A stretch of DNA of 63,839 bases, the filler included, from an uncultured Clostridia bacterium (GTDB lineage: Bacteria > Aerophobota > Aerophobia > Aerophobales > B3-G15), in NCBI GenBank assembly GCA_964482715.1. It is 5 parts of 5 records of this genome, joined end to end, with 100 filler letters (N's around TTAATTAATTAA, not from the genome) between each part and the next. Parts side by side here need not be neighbours in the genome. Positions count along the whole stretch, not along the records: positions 28,523 to 41,074 come from CAYZYX010000041.1; positions 41,175 to 52,927 come from CAYZYX010000042.1; 3 more parts are not named here. One strand, given 5' to 3'. Both the position numbers and the translations under genes were made by a program. The notes under the pieces are model-generated. The model searched no databases. It was not told the origin of the DNA and saw nothing but the letters and a program-made list of their open reading frames with translations. Positions 39,663 through 49,698 of the stretch are shown here, one piece after another; the first letter of the stretch is position 1, and each line of letters opens with the position of its first letter.

Positions 39663-40871
39663 ATGGGTAACATATTTAATAAAATTTCAAAACTCGATAG
39701 GAGTTCCTTTCTAATAATGGACGTGGTTAGAAGATTAGGACCTATTGCCCGAACAGATATAGCCCGGGTGACTGGGCTGAGCCATCCTGTAGTAAGCATG
39801 CTGACCAGAGAACTTCTCCAGATGGGGTTTTTAAAGGAAGATGGATTGGATGCCTCAAGAGGTGGAAGAAAACCCATTCTGCTGCGAATTTCCCCGGGAG
39901 CTTTATATGTTGTAGGTGTTGACATTGGAGTAACGAAAACAAGGGTTGCTGTTGTTGACCTTGAAGCGAAAATAGTTAAAAGCAGAACAATCCCCACTAA
40001 TCCTGAGATAGGAAAAGAAATAACTATCCACAGATTAACAAGGATGATTAGGGAGTTGGTCGAAGAGTCTGATCTATCCTGGGATAAAATAGAAGGAATG
40101 GGTGTGGGTATCTCGGCAATTGTAAATCACGAAAAGGGAACCTGTCTTTTCTGGCCTAATGTGGAAGGGTGGGAAAATGTCCCACTGGCTGAAATCCTTG
40201 AAGATGAATTTGATATTCCGGTGATGGTTGATGACAGTGCCAGGACAATGGCTCTTGCAGAATACTGGTGTGGTGCGGCAAAAGATGTTGAAAATTTTAT
40301 TTTTGTAAATGTAGGGGTTGGTGTGGGAGCAGCCATTTTTTTTCACGGACAGCTTTATCGTGGAACGACAGGAACTGCTGGCGAGCTTGGACATACAACT
40401 GTAGATGAAAAAGGTCCTCGATGCAAGTGTGGCAATTATGGATGCCTGGAAACCTTAGTTTCTGGGCCTGCTATTGTCCGTCGAGCAAAAGAAGCGCTGA
40501 AAGAAGGTGTTATTTCACAAATTGATAAGCTGGTCGGCGGAGATCACCAAAAAATTACCCCTGAAATTGTTGTAGAGGCAGCTCGTAGAGGAGATAAATT
40601 AGCCTTTAATTTGATGGAAAAAACAGGTGAATATTTAGGAATAGCGATTGCTAATGCTATCAATCTTTTTAATCCTCAGCTTGTGGTGGTGGGAGCTGGA
40701 GTCTCCCGGGCAGGTAATCTGATCCTTGAGCCACTAAAAAGGACGGTTAGGGCAAGAGCTTTAGAAAGTGCTTCGCGTAATGTAAAAATCGTCATTTCCG
40801 AACTGCCAGATGAGATTGGAGCTCTTGGTGCAGCTATTCTGATACTTAAAAAGGTATTTGAAGTTTCTTAA
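39663..40871 (+). CDS. ROK-family transcriptional regulator (NagC/XylR-like)
   Basis: N-terminal HTH, GGRKP, GVDIG, GELGH...CKCGNYGCLE. Confidence 0.93.
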   Translation: MGNIFNKISKLDRSSFLIMDVVRRLGPIARTDIARVTGLSHPVVSMLTRELLQMGFLKEDGLDASRGGRKPILLRISPGALYVVGVDIGVTKTRVAVVDLEAKIVKSRTIPTNPEIGKEITIHRLTRMIRELVEESDLSWDKIEGMGVGISAIVNHEKGTCLFWPNVEGWENVPLAEILEDEFDIPVMVDDSARTMALAEYWCGAAKDVENFIFVNVGVGVGAAIFFHGQLYRGTTGTAGELGHTTVDEKGPRCKCGNYGCLETLVSGPAIVRRAKEALKEGVISQIDKLVGGDHQKITPEIVVEAARRGDKLAFNLMEKTGEYLGIAIANAINLFNPQLVVVGAGVSRAGNLILEPLKRTVRARALESASRNVKIVISELPDEIGALGAAILILKKVFEVS

Positions 40872-40891
40872 AAAGAATAAGGAGAATGTAA

Positions 40892-41074
40892 ATGAAAAGA
40901 AAACTGGCCATATCGGGTGGAAAGAAAGTTGTTCCAGAAAAATTAAAAGTTAAATGGCCCATAATTACTCAGGAAGATAAAGATGCAGTAATGAGAGTTC
41001 TTGATAGGGGCATAGTTTGGGGGGCATATGCTCCTGAAGTTATGGGACTTCAAGAAGAATTTGCTGTCAAGTCC
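40892..41074 (+). CDS. DegT/DnrJ/EryC1/StrS aminotransferase, N-terminus only
   Basis: KLAISGG..V...WPII..EDKDAV.RVL..G......EV..LQEEFA; cut by the gap. Confidence 0.75.
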
Positions 41075-41174
41075 NNNNNNNNNNNNNNNNNNNNNNNNNN
41101 NNNNNNNNNNNNNNNNNNTTAATTAATTAANNNNNNNNNNNNNNNNNNNNNNNNNNNNNNNNNNNNNNNNNNNN
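41075..41174. other. artificial contig linker
   Basis: 44 N + TTAATTAATTAA + 44 N. Confidence 0.98.
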
Positions 41175-41290
41175 TTATTTAGCCTATTCCTTCAAAGACC
41201 TAATTCACTACTAACTTTGAAGGAAACCTCTTAATCTTTTCACTCCCTTTGGTCCTTTATTTCCAGCTTTTAACAAGCTTTTCTAAGGAA

Positions 41291-41319
41291 ATTTTACCCA
41301 TATTAATTCTTTTTGTCAA
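41291..41319 (-). promoter_or_regulatory. sigma70-type promoter pointing into the gap
   Basis: Minus strand TTGACA-N17-TAAAAT; the downstream leader contains an 11-bp stem (41187-41225). Confidence 0.65.
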
Positions 41320-41360
41320 GCGTACGCTTTTTGAAGTTGGGACACTTTTTAAGTAGATGA

Positions 41361-41592
41361 GGGTAAACTTTTATCAGGTTCACTCCACTACCGGTGAGAT
41401 TCCCATCATGAGATTTCAAAGAGCAAAAAGGGAGAAAAAGTCCTTATTTATGTAAGTGAGGTTGAACTTCGCATATGCCTTCATGAGAAAGGAGGTATAA
41501 CAGAAATTAGAATCTGGTATAAAGATATCCTTACCGATGTTTATCATGTTAGAAATTCCGATTTGAATTTAGTCCGGTTTTAAAATTTACCC
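41361..41592 (+). mobile_element. internally deleted transposase remnant (family uncertain) bounded by short inverted repeats
   Basis: Fragments QVHSTTGEIP..RFQRA..EKKSLF and EVELRI...EIRIWYKD...NSDLNLVRF*; GGGTAAACTTTTA versus TAAAATTTACCC. Confidence 0.5.
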
Positions 41593-41684
41593 AACGCCTT
41601 GTATATCCTATATCTGATCCGAGCCGGTATATTTTTCTAAATAAAGGGAGTTTTCAATACTTCTTGGTGATTTTAACCTTTCGG

Positions 41685-41713
41685 TTGCCAGAGGCAAATA
41701 TTTTCTCTATAAT
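41685..41713 (+). promoter_or_regulatory. sigma70-type promoter, probably giving a leaderless transcript
   Basis: TTGCCA-N17-TATAAT with only 7 nt before the ATG at 41721. Confidence 0.65.
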
Positions 41714-41720
41714 AATAGTC

Positions 41721-42101
41721 ATGAAAGATGATAAATTTGAGAGATGGGTTGAGGAAGCTATTCAAGCTTTACCTTGGGTGTTTAGAAAGAAACTGAAAAA
41801 TATCGAGATAACCATTAAAGATCATCCTCCTTTGGATCTGCAAAAAAGATTTCCGGATAAATTTTTATTTTTAGGAGTATATCAGGGAATACCTTTGACA
41901 CAAAGAAGGGTGTACCACACCGGTTCATTTCCAGATCGGATTACCATCTTCCGAGATCCCATTGAGAGAGTTTGTTCCTCAGAAAGCCAGATGCGCAGGT
42001 TGGTTCATGAGACTGTCTTACATGAGATTGGACATTATTTTGGATTAAACGAAGAGGACCTGCGTTGTCTAAATTTAAAGCTAACCAAAAAGGAGAAATA
42101 A
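41721..42101 (+). CDS. Zincin_1-type minimal metallopeptidase
   Basis: LGVYQGIPL, PDRITIFR.PI, TVLHEIGHYFGL. Confidence 0.9.
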   Translation: MKDDKFERWVEEAIQALPWVFRKKLKNIEITIKDHPPLDLQKRFPDKFLFLGVYQGIPLTQRRVYHTGSFPDRITIFRDPIERVCSSESQMRRLVHETVLHEIGHYFGLNEEDLRCLNLKLTKKEK

Positions 42102-43496
42102 ATGGATGTGGAAGAGGCTGAGGTTGCCATAATAGGAGGAGGACCTGCTGGTTATGTAGCTGCTATCAGGGCAGCTCAGCTTGGAGGACAGGTAATTTTG
42201 ATAGAGAAGGACAGATTAGGTGGAGTGTGTCTTAATGTTGGGTGTATTCCCACCAAAGTTCTGGCAAGAAGTTGTGAAATTTTTACCTTAGTAGAAAAAG
42301 CAGGCGAATTTGGGCTGGAAACTGGTGAGGCAAAAATCGATCTTTCTAAATTGATGAAGAGAAAAAAACGTGTAGTGAACCGCCTGGTGGGTGGAGTGAA
42401 TTACCTTTTGAAAAAAAACAACGTTAAGTGGATAAAAGGTGAAGGGAAAATTCTTGATCCATCCACTATCAGTGTTGAGAGTGAAAGTGGAAACTATCAG
42501 GTAAAAAGCAAAAATATAATTATTGCTACCGGATCTTCTCCTTCTATGTTACCTCTTGAAGGAGTAGATAAAGACTCTGTTCTTACCAGTACAGAGGCTC
42601 TGGAAATAGATGTCCCTCCCGAGAATCTCCTCATTGTTGGAGGAGGAGTGATTGGAGTAGAGTTTGCCTTTATTTACGCCACTCTTGGGAGTAAGGTGAC
42701 TGTTGTGGAGATGCTTCCCAGGGTTCTTCCAGGAGAAGATGGGGAGCTTACCGAAAAATTAAAAGAAATTATGTTGAGGAAACAGATAACAGTTTATACG
42801 GGGTCAGTTCTAAAAGATGCAAAAAAAGAAGGAAAAGGCTATAAAGGGCTCATAAAAACACCGGAGGGAGAAAAAGAAGTTTATTTTGATAAAGTTCTAA
42901 TTTCTATTGGAAGGAAGCCAAATTCTCAGGAGGTTGGATTAGAGCGGGTAGGCATAGAAATGGACAGTCGAGGGTGGATTAAAGTGAATTCTCAAATGAA
43001 AACCAACATTCCTGGAATATATGCAGCCGGTGATGTAGTTGGGGGATATTGTCTTGCCCACGTGGCCTATATGGAAGGAGAAGTTGCAGCCGAGAACGTC
43101 ATGGGGAAACCCTCTCAGGTAAATTACCGGGCAGTTCCAAGATTTGTGTGTTCCAATCCGGAGATGGCAGCTGTTGGCCTAACTGAAGAAAAGGCCAGAG
43201 AGAAAGGATACAAAGTTAAGGTGGGCAAGTTTCCTTTTAGTGCAAATGGCAAAGCTCTTATACTCGGAGAAACCGATGGTTTGGTTAAAATAATTTGCGA
43301 CTCAGAGACAGAGGAAATTTTGGGCATTCACATATTGGGACCTCAGGCTACAGATCTTATTCTGGAGGGAACTTTGGCTATTAATCTTGAAAATACTGTG
43401 GAAGAAGTCATAGAGACTATTCACCCACACCCCACACTTGGTGAAGCAATTCGAGAGGCAGCACTGGATGCACAAAGGAGAGCTATTCATTTCTAA
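42102..43496 (+). CDS. lpdA: dihydrolipoyl dehydrogenase
   Basis: GGGPAGY, GGVCLNVGCIPTK, GGGVIG, HPHPTLGE. Confidence 0.95.
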   Translation: MDVEEAEVAIIGGGPAGYVAAIRAAQLGGQVILIEKDRLGGVCLNVGCIPTKVLARSCEIFTLVEKAGEFGLETGEAKIDLSKLMKRKKRVVNRLVGGVNYLLKKNNVKWIKGEGKILDPSTISVESESGNYQVKSKNIIIATGSSPSMLPLEGVDKDSVLTSTEALEIDVPPENLLIVGGGVIGVEFAFIYATLGSKVTVVEMLPRVLPGEDGELTEKLKEIMLRKQITVYTGSVLKDAKKEGKGYKGLIKTPEGEKEVYFDKVLISIGRKPNSQEVGLERVGIEMDSRGWIKVNSQMKTNIPGIYAAGDVVGGYCLAHVAYMEGEVAAENVMGKPSQVNYRAVPRFVCSNPEMAAVGLTEEKAREKGYKVKVGKFPFSANGKALILGETDGLVKIICDSETEEILGIHILGPQATDLILEGTLAINLENTVEEVIETIHPHPTLGEAIREAALDAQRRAIHF

Positions 43497-43519
43497 AATT
43501 TAACTTGAAAGTTTATAAA

Positions 43520-44257
43520 ATGCTTCGAGTAATAGATTTAACCATTATTCCAGAAGGAAACAGTCAACCCATCGTTGATGGAGTTTCTTTTGAGGTTAGA
43601 CCAGGGAAAATTCATGCTTTAATGGGACCTAATGGGTCAGGTAAGTCTTCCATTGCCTACTCCATAATGGGAATTTCTCAGTACAGACCAACAAAGGGAA
43701 AAATAATTTTTTGTCGAGAAGATATAACCCATTTAAATATAACCGAGAGAGCCAGGAGGGGAATTACCCTTGCCTGGCAAGAACCGGCAAGATTTGAGGG
43801 AATTTCTGTATATGACTATATAAAAGCCGGACTCCAGGGAAAAAATGGGGACACTGTAAAAAAATCTCTTGAACTTGTCGGCCTTATACCAGAGGAGTAT
43901 CTTAACCGCAAAGTTGACAATTCTCTCTCGGGAGGAGAAAGAAAAAGGATAGAAATTGCTGCTACCATTGCTATGAAACCAAAGCTTCTTATTCTCGATG
44001 AGCCTGATTCGGGTCTTGATATTATAGTTTATTCAGAATTTTATGAGATTCTGGAGGCCATCAGAAATGAGACAAAAGCTTCAATTTTACTTATAACTCA
44101 TCGAGAAGAGGCTGGAGAAATTGCTGATGAGGGAACACTTATCTGTCAAGGTAAGGTAAAGGCACAGGGTTCTTTTAAAGAGATAATGGAAAAATACTGC
44201 ATACTTGCGGGGAGAAAAGTGAAATGTCAAAAAGTCTCTTGCCCTACGAAATCTTAG
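43520..44257 (+). CDS. sufC: SufC/SmsC-type Fe-S assembly ATPase
   Basis: GPNGSGKS, ERARRGITLAWQEP, LSGGERKRIE, DEPDSGLD; Cys-containing C-terminus. Confidence 0.88.
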   Translation: MLRVIDLTIIPEGNSQPIVDGVSFEVRPGKIHALMGPNGSGKSSIAYSIMGISQYRPTKGKIIFCREDITHLNITERARRGITLAWQEPARFEGISVYDYIKAGLQGKNGDTVKKSLELVGLIPEEYLNRKVDNSLSGGERKRIEIAATIAMKPKLLILDEPDSGLDIIVYSEFYEILEAIRNETKASILLITHREEAGEIADEGTLICQGKVKAQGSFKEIMEKYCILAGRKVKCQKVSCPTKS

Positions 44258-45171
44258 AGAGTGCCCGTCTTGTTGGATTTAATACCGATACTATGCTCAG
44301 GGAAGATACCCCTAAATTTTTTTTAAATTATAATCGTATAACTGCCATTAAAAAAACCGAGGGGTTAATTCTTGTCGGAAAGGAAACAGAAAATGGAATG
44401 ATAGCCGATTTTATCGTAACGAAAGGAAAAAAAATAGAAATCCCTGTTCACCTTTGTTTTGGTGTGGTTAAAGAAAAAGGGATTCAGGAAATAATCCCTC
44501 GATTTATCATTGATGATGGTGGAAAGGTTCTGATTCTCGCCCATTGTAGTTTTCCCAGGGCTAAAGATTTAATTCATCAAATGGAGGCGGAGGTTATACT
44601 GGGTAAGGATGCCGTATTTCTCTACGAGGAAAGGCACTACCATGGTGAAGAAGGAGGAGCCAAGGTTTTTCCTCGGTTTCAAGTTCACGTGGGAAAAGGA
44701 AGTTATTTTAAGAGTGTCTTTTCCCTGATAAAAGGAAAAGTGGGTCTTTTATCCATTGATTTGGAAGTATATGCACAGTCCAATTCCAAAATAGAGATTT
44801 TAAGTAAGGTTTATGGTAGATGTAAGGAAGATAGAGTAAAAATAAAAGATGCCGTTTTTCTTGAAGGAGAACACGCCAGAGGATTAGTTAAGTTGCGAGC
44901 CGCAGCATCAAGAGGTGGCGACGTAATTATGAAAGGAATAACTGAAGCGAATGCTCCTTACGCCAGTGGACATGTTGATTGTAGGGAGATAGTCCAGGGT
45001 GAAGGTTCAACAGCTCGGGCCATTCCTATCGTGAGAGTGGGAGACGAAACTGCAAGAGTGACTCATGAGGCATCGGTGGGCAGGGTTAATCAGAGAGAAC
45101 TTGACACTCTAATGGCAAGAGGATTAACTGAAGAAGAAGCTGTGGATATGATTGTTAAAGGTATGCTATGA
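44224..45171 (+). CDS. sufB: SufBD/SmsB-type Fe-S scaffold protein
   Basis: PVHLCFG, GHVDCREI, VTHEASVG.V...L.TLMARGL. Confidence 0.88.
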   Translation: MSKSLLPYEILESARLVGFNTDTMLREDTPKFFLNYNRITAIKKTEGLILVGKETENGMIADFIVTKGKKIEIPVHLCFGVVKEKGIQEIIPRFIIDDGGKVLILAHCSFPRAKDLIHQMEAEVILGKDAVFLYEERHYHGEEGGAKVFPRFQVHVGKGSYFKSVFSLIKGKVGLLSIDLEVYAQSNSKIEILSKVYGRCKEDRVKIKDAVFLEGEHARGLVKLRAAASRGGDVIMKGITEANAPYASGHVDCREIVQGEGSTARAIPIVRVGDETARVTHEASVGRVNQRELDTLMARGLTEEEAVDMIVKGML

Positions 45172-45431
45172 ATCAAGAAGAGAAAAAATGGCTTTTAGAA
45201 AATAAGTATCGCAGGCTTATACTGGAAAACATAGGGAAAACCGGAAAAACAGAAAAGGAGATAATTGAAGAATTGGAGATAAAACTTATGCCTTATTTAA
45301 GTGATTATCAGCCAACAGCCAGGATAAAGATGACCCCTTCTTCCTTGAAGAATCATCTTTCTTTGTTATTGAGAGAAGGATTGGTGGAGAAAAAAGCCGG
45401 GAAATTTTATCAGAAACTTGAAAAAATGTGA
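45168..45431 (+). CDS. small winged-helix (ArsR-like) protein
   Basis: RRLILENI...T.KEI...MTPSSLKNHLSLLLREGLVEK; ATGA overlap with sufB. Confidence 0.7.
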   Translation: MNQEEKKWLLENKYRRLILENIGKTGKTEKEIIEELEIKLMPYLSDYQPTARIKMTPSSLKNHLSLLLREGLVEKKAGKFYQKLEKM

Positions 45432-45451
45432 AATAAAATAGCAATTTGAGC

Positions 45452-46252
45452 TTATTTATTTTGTACCTCAACTATAGCTCCAGTAGGACAAACCAAAAAA
45501 CATACTCCACACTGCTGACAGTTTTGAGGATCAATGTGAGCTAAATTATTATCTACCCAGCAGGCTTCAAAGGGACAGGATTTTGCGCACCTTCCACAAG
45601 CAATACAAGCCTTCTTACAAACCTCTCGAGCTTTTTTACCTCTATCCAGGGAGGAACATTTTACCCGGTAATTTAAGTCTTCAAAGTACTCAAGGATTAT
45701 TATTTGCCGGGGACAGACCTGAACACATTTGCCACAACCTGTACAACGAGAGGGATCAATATGAGGCAAACCATCAATCATTTTGATAGCCTTAAATGGA
45801 CAGGCCTTTTCGCAATCTCCAAATCCAAGACACCCATACTGGCAGGCTGTATCACCTCCCATAAGCAGGTTAGCAGCTCTACAGGTTTCCACTCCCTGAT
45901 AAATGGCCTTTTTAGACCTGTCGTTTGCAGTAGCTCCACAGAGAACAAAAGCTAATTTCCTGGTCACAGCTTTTGATTCCACTCCCATTATTTTAGAAAT
46001 CTGCTTAACGGTTTCGGAACCTCCCACCATACAAGCATTCACATCGGCCTCCCCTTTAACTATAGCTTCTGCCAGAGCGTGACAACTGGCAAAACCACAG
46101 GCTCCACAGTTTGCCCCTGGTAAGGCGTCAAGAATTTTTTCCACTCGAGGATCCTCTTCGACCTTCAATTTACTATGAGCAACAGATAGCATAAAGGCAA
46201 AAAAAGCTGCAAGCCCTCCCATACTTAGTGTGGCTAAAATAATCAGGTTCAT
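45452..46252 (-). CDS. rnfB: Rnf complex subunit B (polyferredoxin)
   Basis: TM anchor, LPGANCGACGFASC, CQYGCLGFGDC..ACPF, further CxxCxxCxxxCP motifs. Confidence 0.93.
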   Translation of the reverse strand: MNLIILATLSMGGLAAFFAFMLSVAHSKLKVEEDPRVEKILDALPGANCGACGFASCHALAEAIVKGEADVNACMVGGSETVKQISKIMGVESKAVTRKLAFVLCGATANDRSKKAIYQGVETCRAANLLMGGDTACQYGCLGFGDCEKACPFKAIKMIDGLPHIDPSRCTGCGKCVQVCPRQIIILEYFEDLNYRVKCSSLDRGKKAREVCKKACIACGRCAKSCPFEACWVDNNLAHIDPQNCQQCGVCFLVCPTGAIVEVQNK

Positions 46253-46277
46253 ATGAGTCCTCCGGATGAATTTAATC

Positions 46278-46862
46278 CTAAGCTGTGCCTATGAGTCCTG
46301 TAAATCCCATAAAGGCAAGAGCAAGAAGACCGGCAATGATTAATGTAATTGGTGCGCCTCTCAGGGATTTTGGGACATCGGCAAAGTCCAGTTCTTCTCT
46401 TATCCCTGACATTATCAACATTACCAGGGTAAAACCTAATCCAGCTCCAAATCCAAAGACCACACTTTCCAGAAATCCGTAATTTCTAAGAGGAATAAAA
46501 AGGGCTAAAAATAAAATAGAACAATTGGTAGTTATTAAAGGTAGATAAATTCCCAAGGCTCTGTAAAGAGCAGGACTCGTCTTTCTGACAAACATTTCGA
46601 TGAGCTGAACCAGGGAAGCAATAATGAGTATGTCTGACACATACTCCAGAAAAGGAAGGTTTAGTCCTTGAATAATAAAGTGATTAACCGGCCAGACAAT
46701 AGCTGCAGTCAGGGTCATAACAAATGTGGTGGCAAAACCCATAGCGGTGGCGGATTCTACCCTTCCTGTTACTCCCAAAAAAGGGCAGATCCCCAAAAAG
46801 TATCTCAGCACAAAATTGTTTACTAAAACTGCACCCAGAAGAATAAGAATAATTTTTGGCAT
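46278..46862 (-). CDS. rnfA: Rnf complex subunit A
   Basis: VNNFVL..FLGICPFLG, LGIYLPLITTNC, GIRE. Confidence 0.92.
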   Translation of the reverse strand: MPKIILILLGAVLVNNFVLRYFLGICPFLGVTGRVESATAMGFATTFVMTLTAAIVWPVNHFIIQGLNLPFLEYVSDILIIASLVQLIEMFVRKTSPALYRALGIYLPLITTNCSILFLALFIPLRNYGFLESVVFGFGAGLGFTLVMLIMSGIREELDFADVPKSLRGAPITLIIAGLLALAFMGFTGLIGTA

Positions 46863-46865
46863 TTT

Positions 46866-48470
46866 TTAACCCCCTTTCTTTTCCTTGGCTGCTCTTATAA
46901 AATCCCTGAAAAGAGGATGAGGACTTTGAGGTTTAGAATTGAACTCGGGATGGAACTGAGTAGCAACAAACCAGGGATGGTCTTTAACTTCAATTATTTC
47001 TACCAGGTCTTTTTCAGGATAAATACCCGCTATCCTTAAACCCGCTTTTTTCAGGATTTCCCTGTATTTATTATTGAGTTCGTATCTGTGTCTGTGTCTT
47101 TCATAAACAACCATCTTTCTATAAGCTCTTTTGCTAAAGCTATTTTCCTCAATAATCCGGCATTCGTATTCACCTAATCTCATAGTCCCTCCCTTTTTTT
47201 CAACCCCCTTTTGTTCAGGAAGAAGATCAATCACAGGATGAGGTGTCTCAGGATCAAACTCGGTTGAATTTGCACCTTTTAACTTTACCACATTACGAGC
47301 AAATTCTATTGTACTACATTGCATTCCCAGACATATTCCCAGGAAGGGTAATTTATTTTCACGAGCAAACTTTATAGCTCTTATCTTTCCCTCTATCCCT
47401 CTTGACCCAAATCCTCCGGGGACAAGTATTCCATGAAAAGAAGCCAGTATTTTCTCTCTACCTTCTTCTATTTCTTCTGCTTCTATCCATTCCGGGCAAA
47501 CCTTTGTTTCATTAGCAACTCCCGCATGAGTAAAAGCCTCAATTATACTTTTGTAAGCATCTTTCATTTGCACATACTTGCCTACCACAGCAATTTTTAC
47601 TTTATTTTTGGCTTTATTAACCTTCTCCACCCACATCTCCCATTTTTTCAAGTCCTTTTTTTTACTGATGAGATTCAGCTGTTTGAGGATTTTATCGGTT
47701 AATCCTTCTTTTTCAAAGCGAAGAGGGACTTCATAAATATTGTCAACATCAATAGCTTGAATTACATTTTGCTGTTCAACATTGCAAAAAAGGGAGATTT
47801 TACTCCTGGCTTCTCTGGTAAGCGAAATCTGAGTTCGACACAGAATAAAATCGGGCTGTATTCCTATTTCTCTAAGTCTTCCTACACTATGCTGAGTCGG
47901 TTTGGTTTTGAGTTCCCCGGCTGAAGGAATATAGGGAAGCAGGGTAAGATGAACAAACAAAGTATTCTCTTTTCCTTCTTTCAGTCTGAACTGTCTTATG
48001 GCTTCCAGGAAAGGTAATGATTCAATGTCTCCAACTGTTCCGCCAATTTCTACAATAACAATTTCTGCTCTGTCCTTTTTGGCTACTTCTCTTATTCTTT
48101 GTTGAATTTCGCCAGTGATATGGGGTATAACCTGGATTGTTTTTCCCAGATATTCACCCCTCCTTTCTTTTTCAATGACCGAGCTGTAAATCTGTCCAGC
48201 TGTGACGTTGTTATGCCGAGAAAGGTCTACGCCTACAAATCTTTCATAGTGGCCAAGATCAAGATCAGTTTCTGCTCCGTCACGTGTTACAAAGACCTCT
48301 CCGTGCTGGTAGGGATTCATAGTTCCAGGGTCCACATTAATATAAGGGTCAAATTTTAACATGCTCACTTTGAATCCCCTGCTCTTTAAGAGAGTTCCAA
48401 TAGAAGCTGAAGCAATACCCTTCCCAAGAGAAGATAAAACTCCACCCGTTACAAAAATATATTTGGTCAC
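46866..48470 (-). CDS. pyrG: CTP synthase
   Basis: [36 protein letters not shown]. Confidence 0.98.
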   Translation of the reverse strand: MTKYIFVTGGVLSSLGKGIASASIGTLLKSRGFKVSMLKFDPYINVDPGTMNPYQHGEVFVTRDGAETDLDLGHYERFVGVDLSRHNNVTAGQIYSSVIEKERRGEYLGKTIQVIPHITGEIQQRIREVAKKDRAEIVIVEIGGTVGDIESLPFLEAIRQFRLKEGKENTLFVHLTLLPYIPSAGELKTKPTQHSVGRLREIGIQPDFILCRTQISLTREARSKISLFCNVEQQNVIQAIDVDNIYEVPLRFEKEGLTDKILKQLNLISKKKDLKKWEMWVEKVNKAKNKVKIAVVGKYVQMKDAYKSIIEAFTHAGVANETKVCPEWIEAEEIEEGREKILASFHGILVPGGFGSRGIEGKIRAIKFARENKLPFLGICLGMQCSTIEFARNVVKLKGANSTEFDPETPHPVIDLLPEQKGVEKKGGTMRLGEYECRIIEENSFSKRAYRKMVVYERHRHRYELNNKYREILKKAGLRIAGIYPEKDLVEIIEVKDHPWFVATQFHPEFNSKPQSPHPLFRDFIRAAKEKKGG

Positions 48471-48480
48471 TTTTTACCCT

Positions 48481-49578
48481 TCAGTCTTGTTGCATTAGAT
48501 GGATTTCCCTCATAAGAGTATCGACCAGTTCCTCTTCTTTTATTCGGTTCAACAGTTTGCCCTTTTTAAACAAGATCCCTCCCTTTTTTGTGCAGGCTAT
48601 GCCTATATCAGCTTCCATAGCTTCACCAGGTCCGTTGACTTCACAACCCATCACCGCTATTTTGATGGGTGAGTTTATCTTGTCTATTTTTGAAAGTAAT
48701 TTTTGAGCAATAGAGAGGACATCCCCCTTGCAACGACCGCAGGTAGGACAGGTAATCAATGTAGGACCGTGAGGAACAAGCTCAAGATATTTCAGGATTT
48801 CGTAGGCCAGTTTAACTTCTTGCACCGAATCTGAGGTAAGAGAAACCCTTATAGTATCACCAATTCCCTCACTTAGAAGACTACCTAATCCAATCGCTGA
48901 TTTTATAACCCCTTGAGGTAGGGGACCGGTGGCCGTAATTCCCAGATGAAGAGGGTAAGACATTTTGTCTGCTATTATTTTGTTCGCCATAATAGTTACT
49001 GGAATATCAGAAGACTTAAGAGATACTATTATGTCTTCAAATCCCTCTTTTTCCAGTGAATTAATGCAATTCAGGGCAAGTTCAACCATAGATTCGGCCA
49101 TCAATTTAGTTTTTTTTTCTCTATTATTCCGAAACTTTGATATTTTCTCCAGGATATCCCTCGGCAGCGAACCGGAATTAATACCTATGCGAAGTGGAAT
49201 CCCGGTCTTTTTAGCTTTTTCTGCGACCATAAGTATTTCCTTCGGACTTAAATTTCCCGGATTGATTCTTACTTTGTTAATACCCCGGTCAATAGCTTCC
49301 AGAGCCAGTCTGTAGTTAAAATGAATATCAGCTACCAGTGGAATGTCAGTTCTTTCTCTTATGAGAGAGATTTTTTTGGCCGCTTTCACGTTGGGAACAG
49401 CCAATCTAATTATTTTTGCACCCGCCTGACGTAGATTTTTTATTTCTTCTAAAGTAGATTCTACGTCTATGGGATCTTTTTTCACCATACCCTGAACCAC
49501 AGGAACTTGCCCTCCCCCTATGGGAATGTCACCCACCTTAACTACTTTGCTTTTTCTTTTCATTTTATTTTCATGCAT
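48481..49578 (-). CDS. ispG: 4-hydroxy-3-methylbut-2-en-1-yl diphosphate synthase
   Basis: PLVADIHF, RINPGN, GIGDTIRVSL, CPTCGRC, MGCEVNGPGE. Confidence 0.96.
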   Translation of the reverse strand: MHENKMKRKSKVVKVGDIPIGGGQVPVVQGMVKKDPIDVESTLEEIKNLRQAGAKIIRLAVPNVKAAKKISLIRERTDIPLVADIHFNYRLALEAIDRGINKVRINPGNLSPKEILMVAEKAKKTGIPLRIGINSGSLPRDILEKISKFRNNREKKTKLMAESMVELALNCINSLEKEGFEDIIVSLKSSDIPVTIMANKIIADKMSYPLHLGITATGPLPQGVIKSAIGLGSLLSEGIGDTIRVSLTSDSVQEVKLAYEILKYLELVPHGPTLITCPTCGRCKGDVLSIAQKLLSKIDKINSPIKIAVMGCEVNGPGEAMEADIGIACTKKGGILFKKGKLLNRIKEEELVDTLMREIHLMQQD

Positions 49579-49698
49579 TTTAAAAATGTAAATACATAAT
49601 TAAACTTTACCCTCTCTGGAGAGAAAAAATAATTTATGCGGGGATTTTTCTTTGATATAAAATAGTTTCCCTTTAAATCACGCTTTATGTACAATTTT

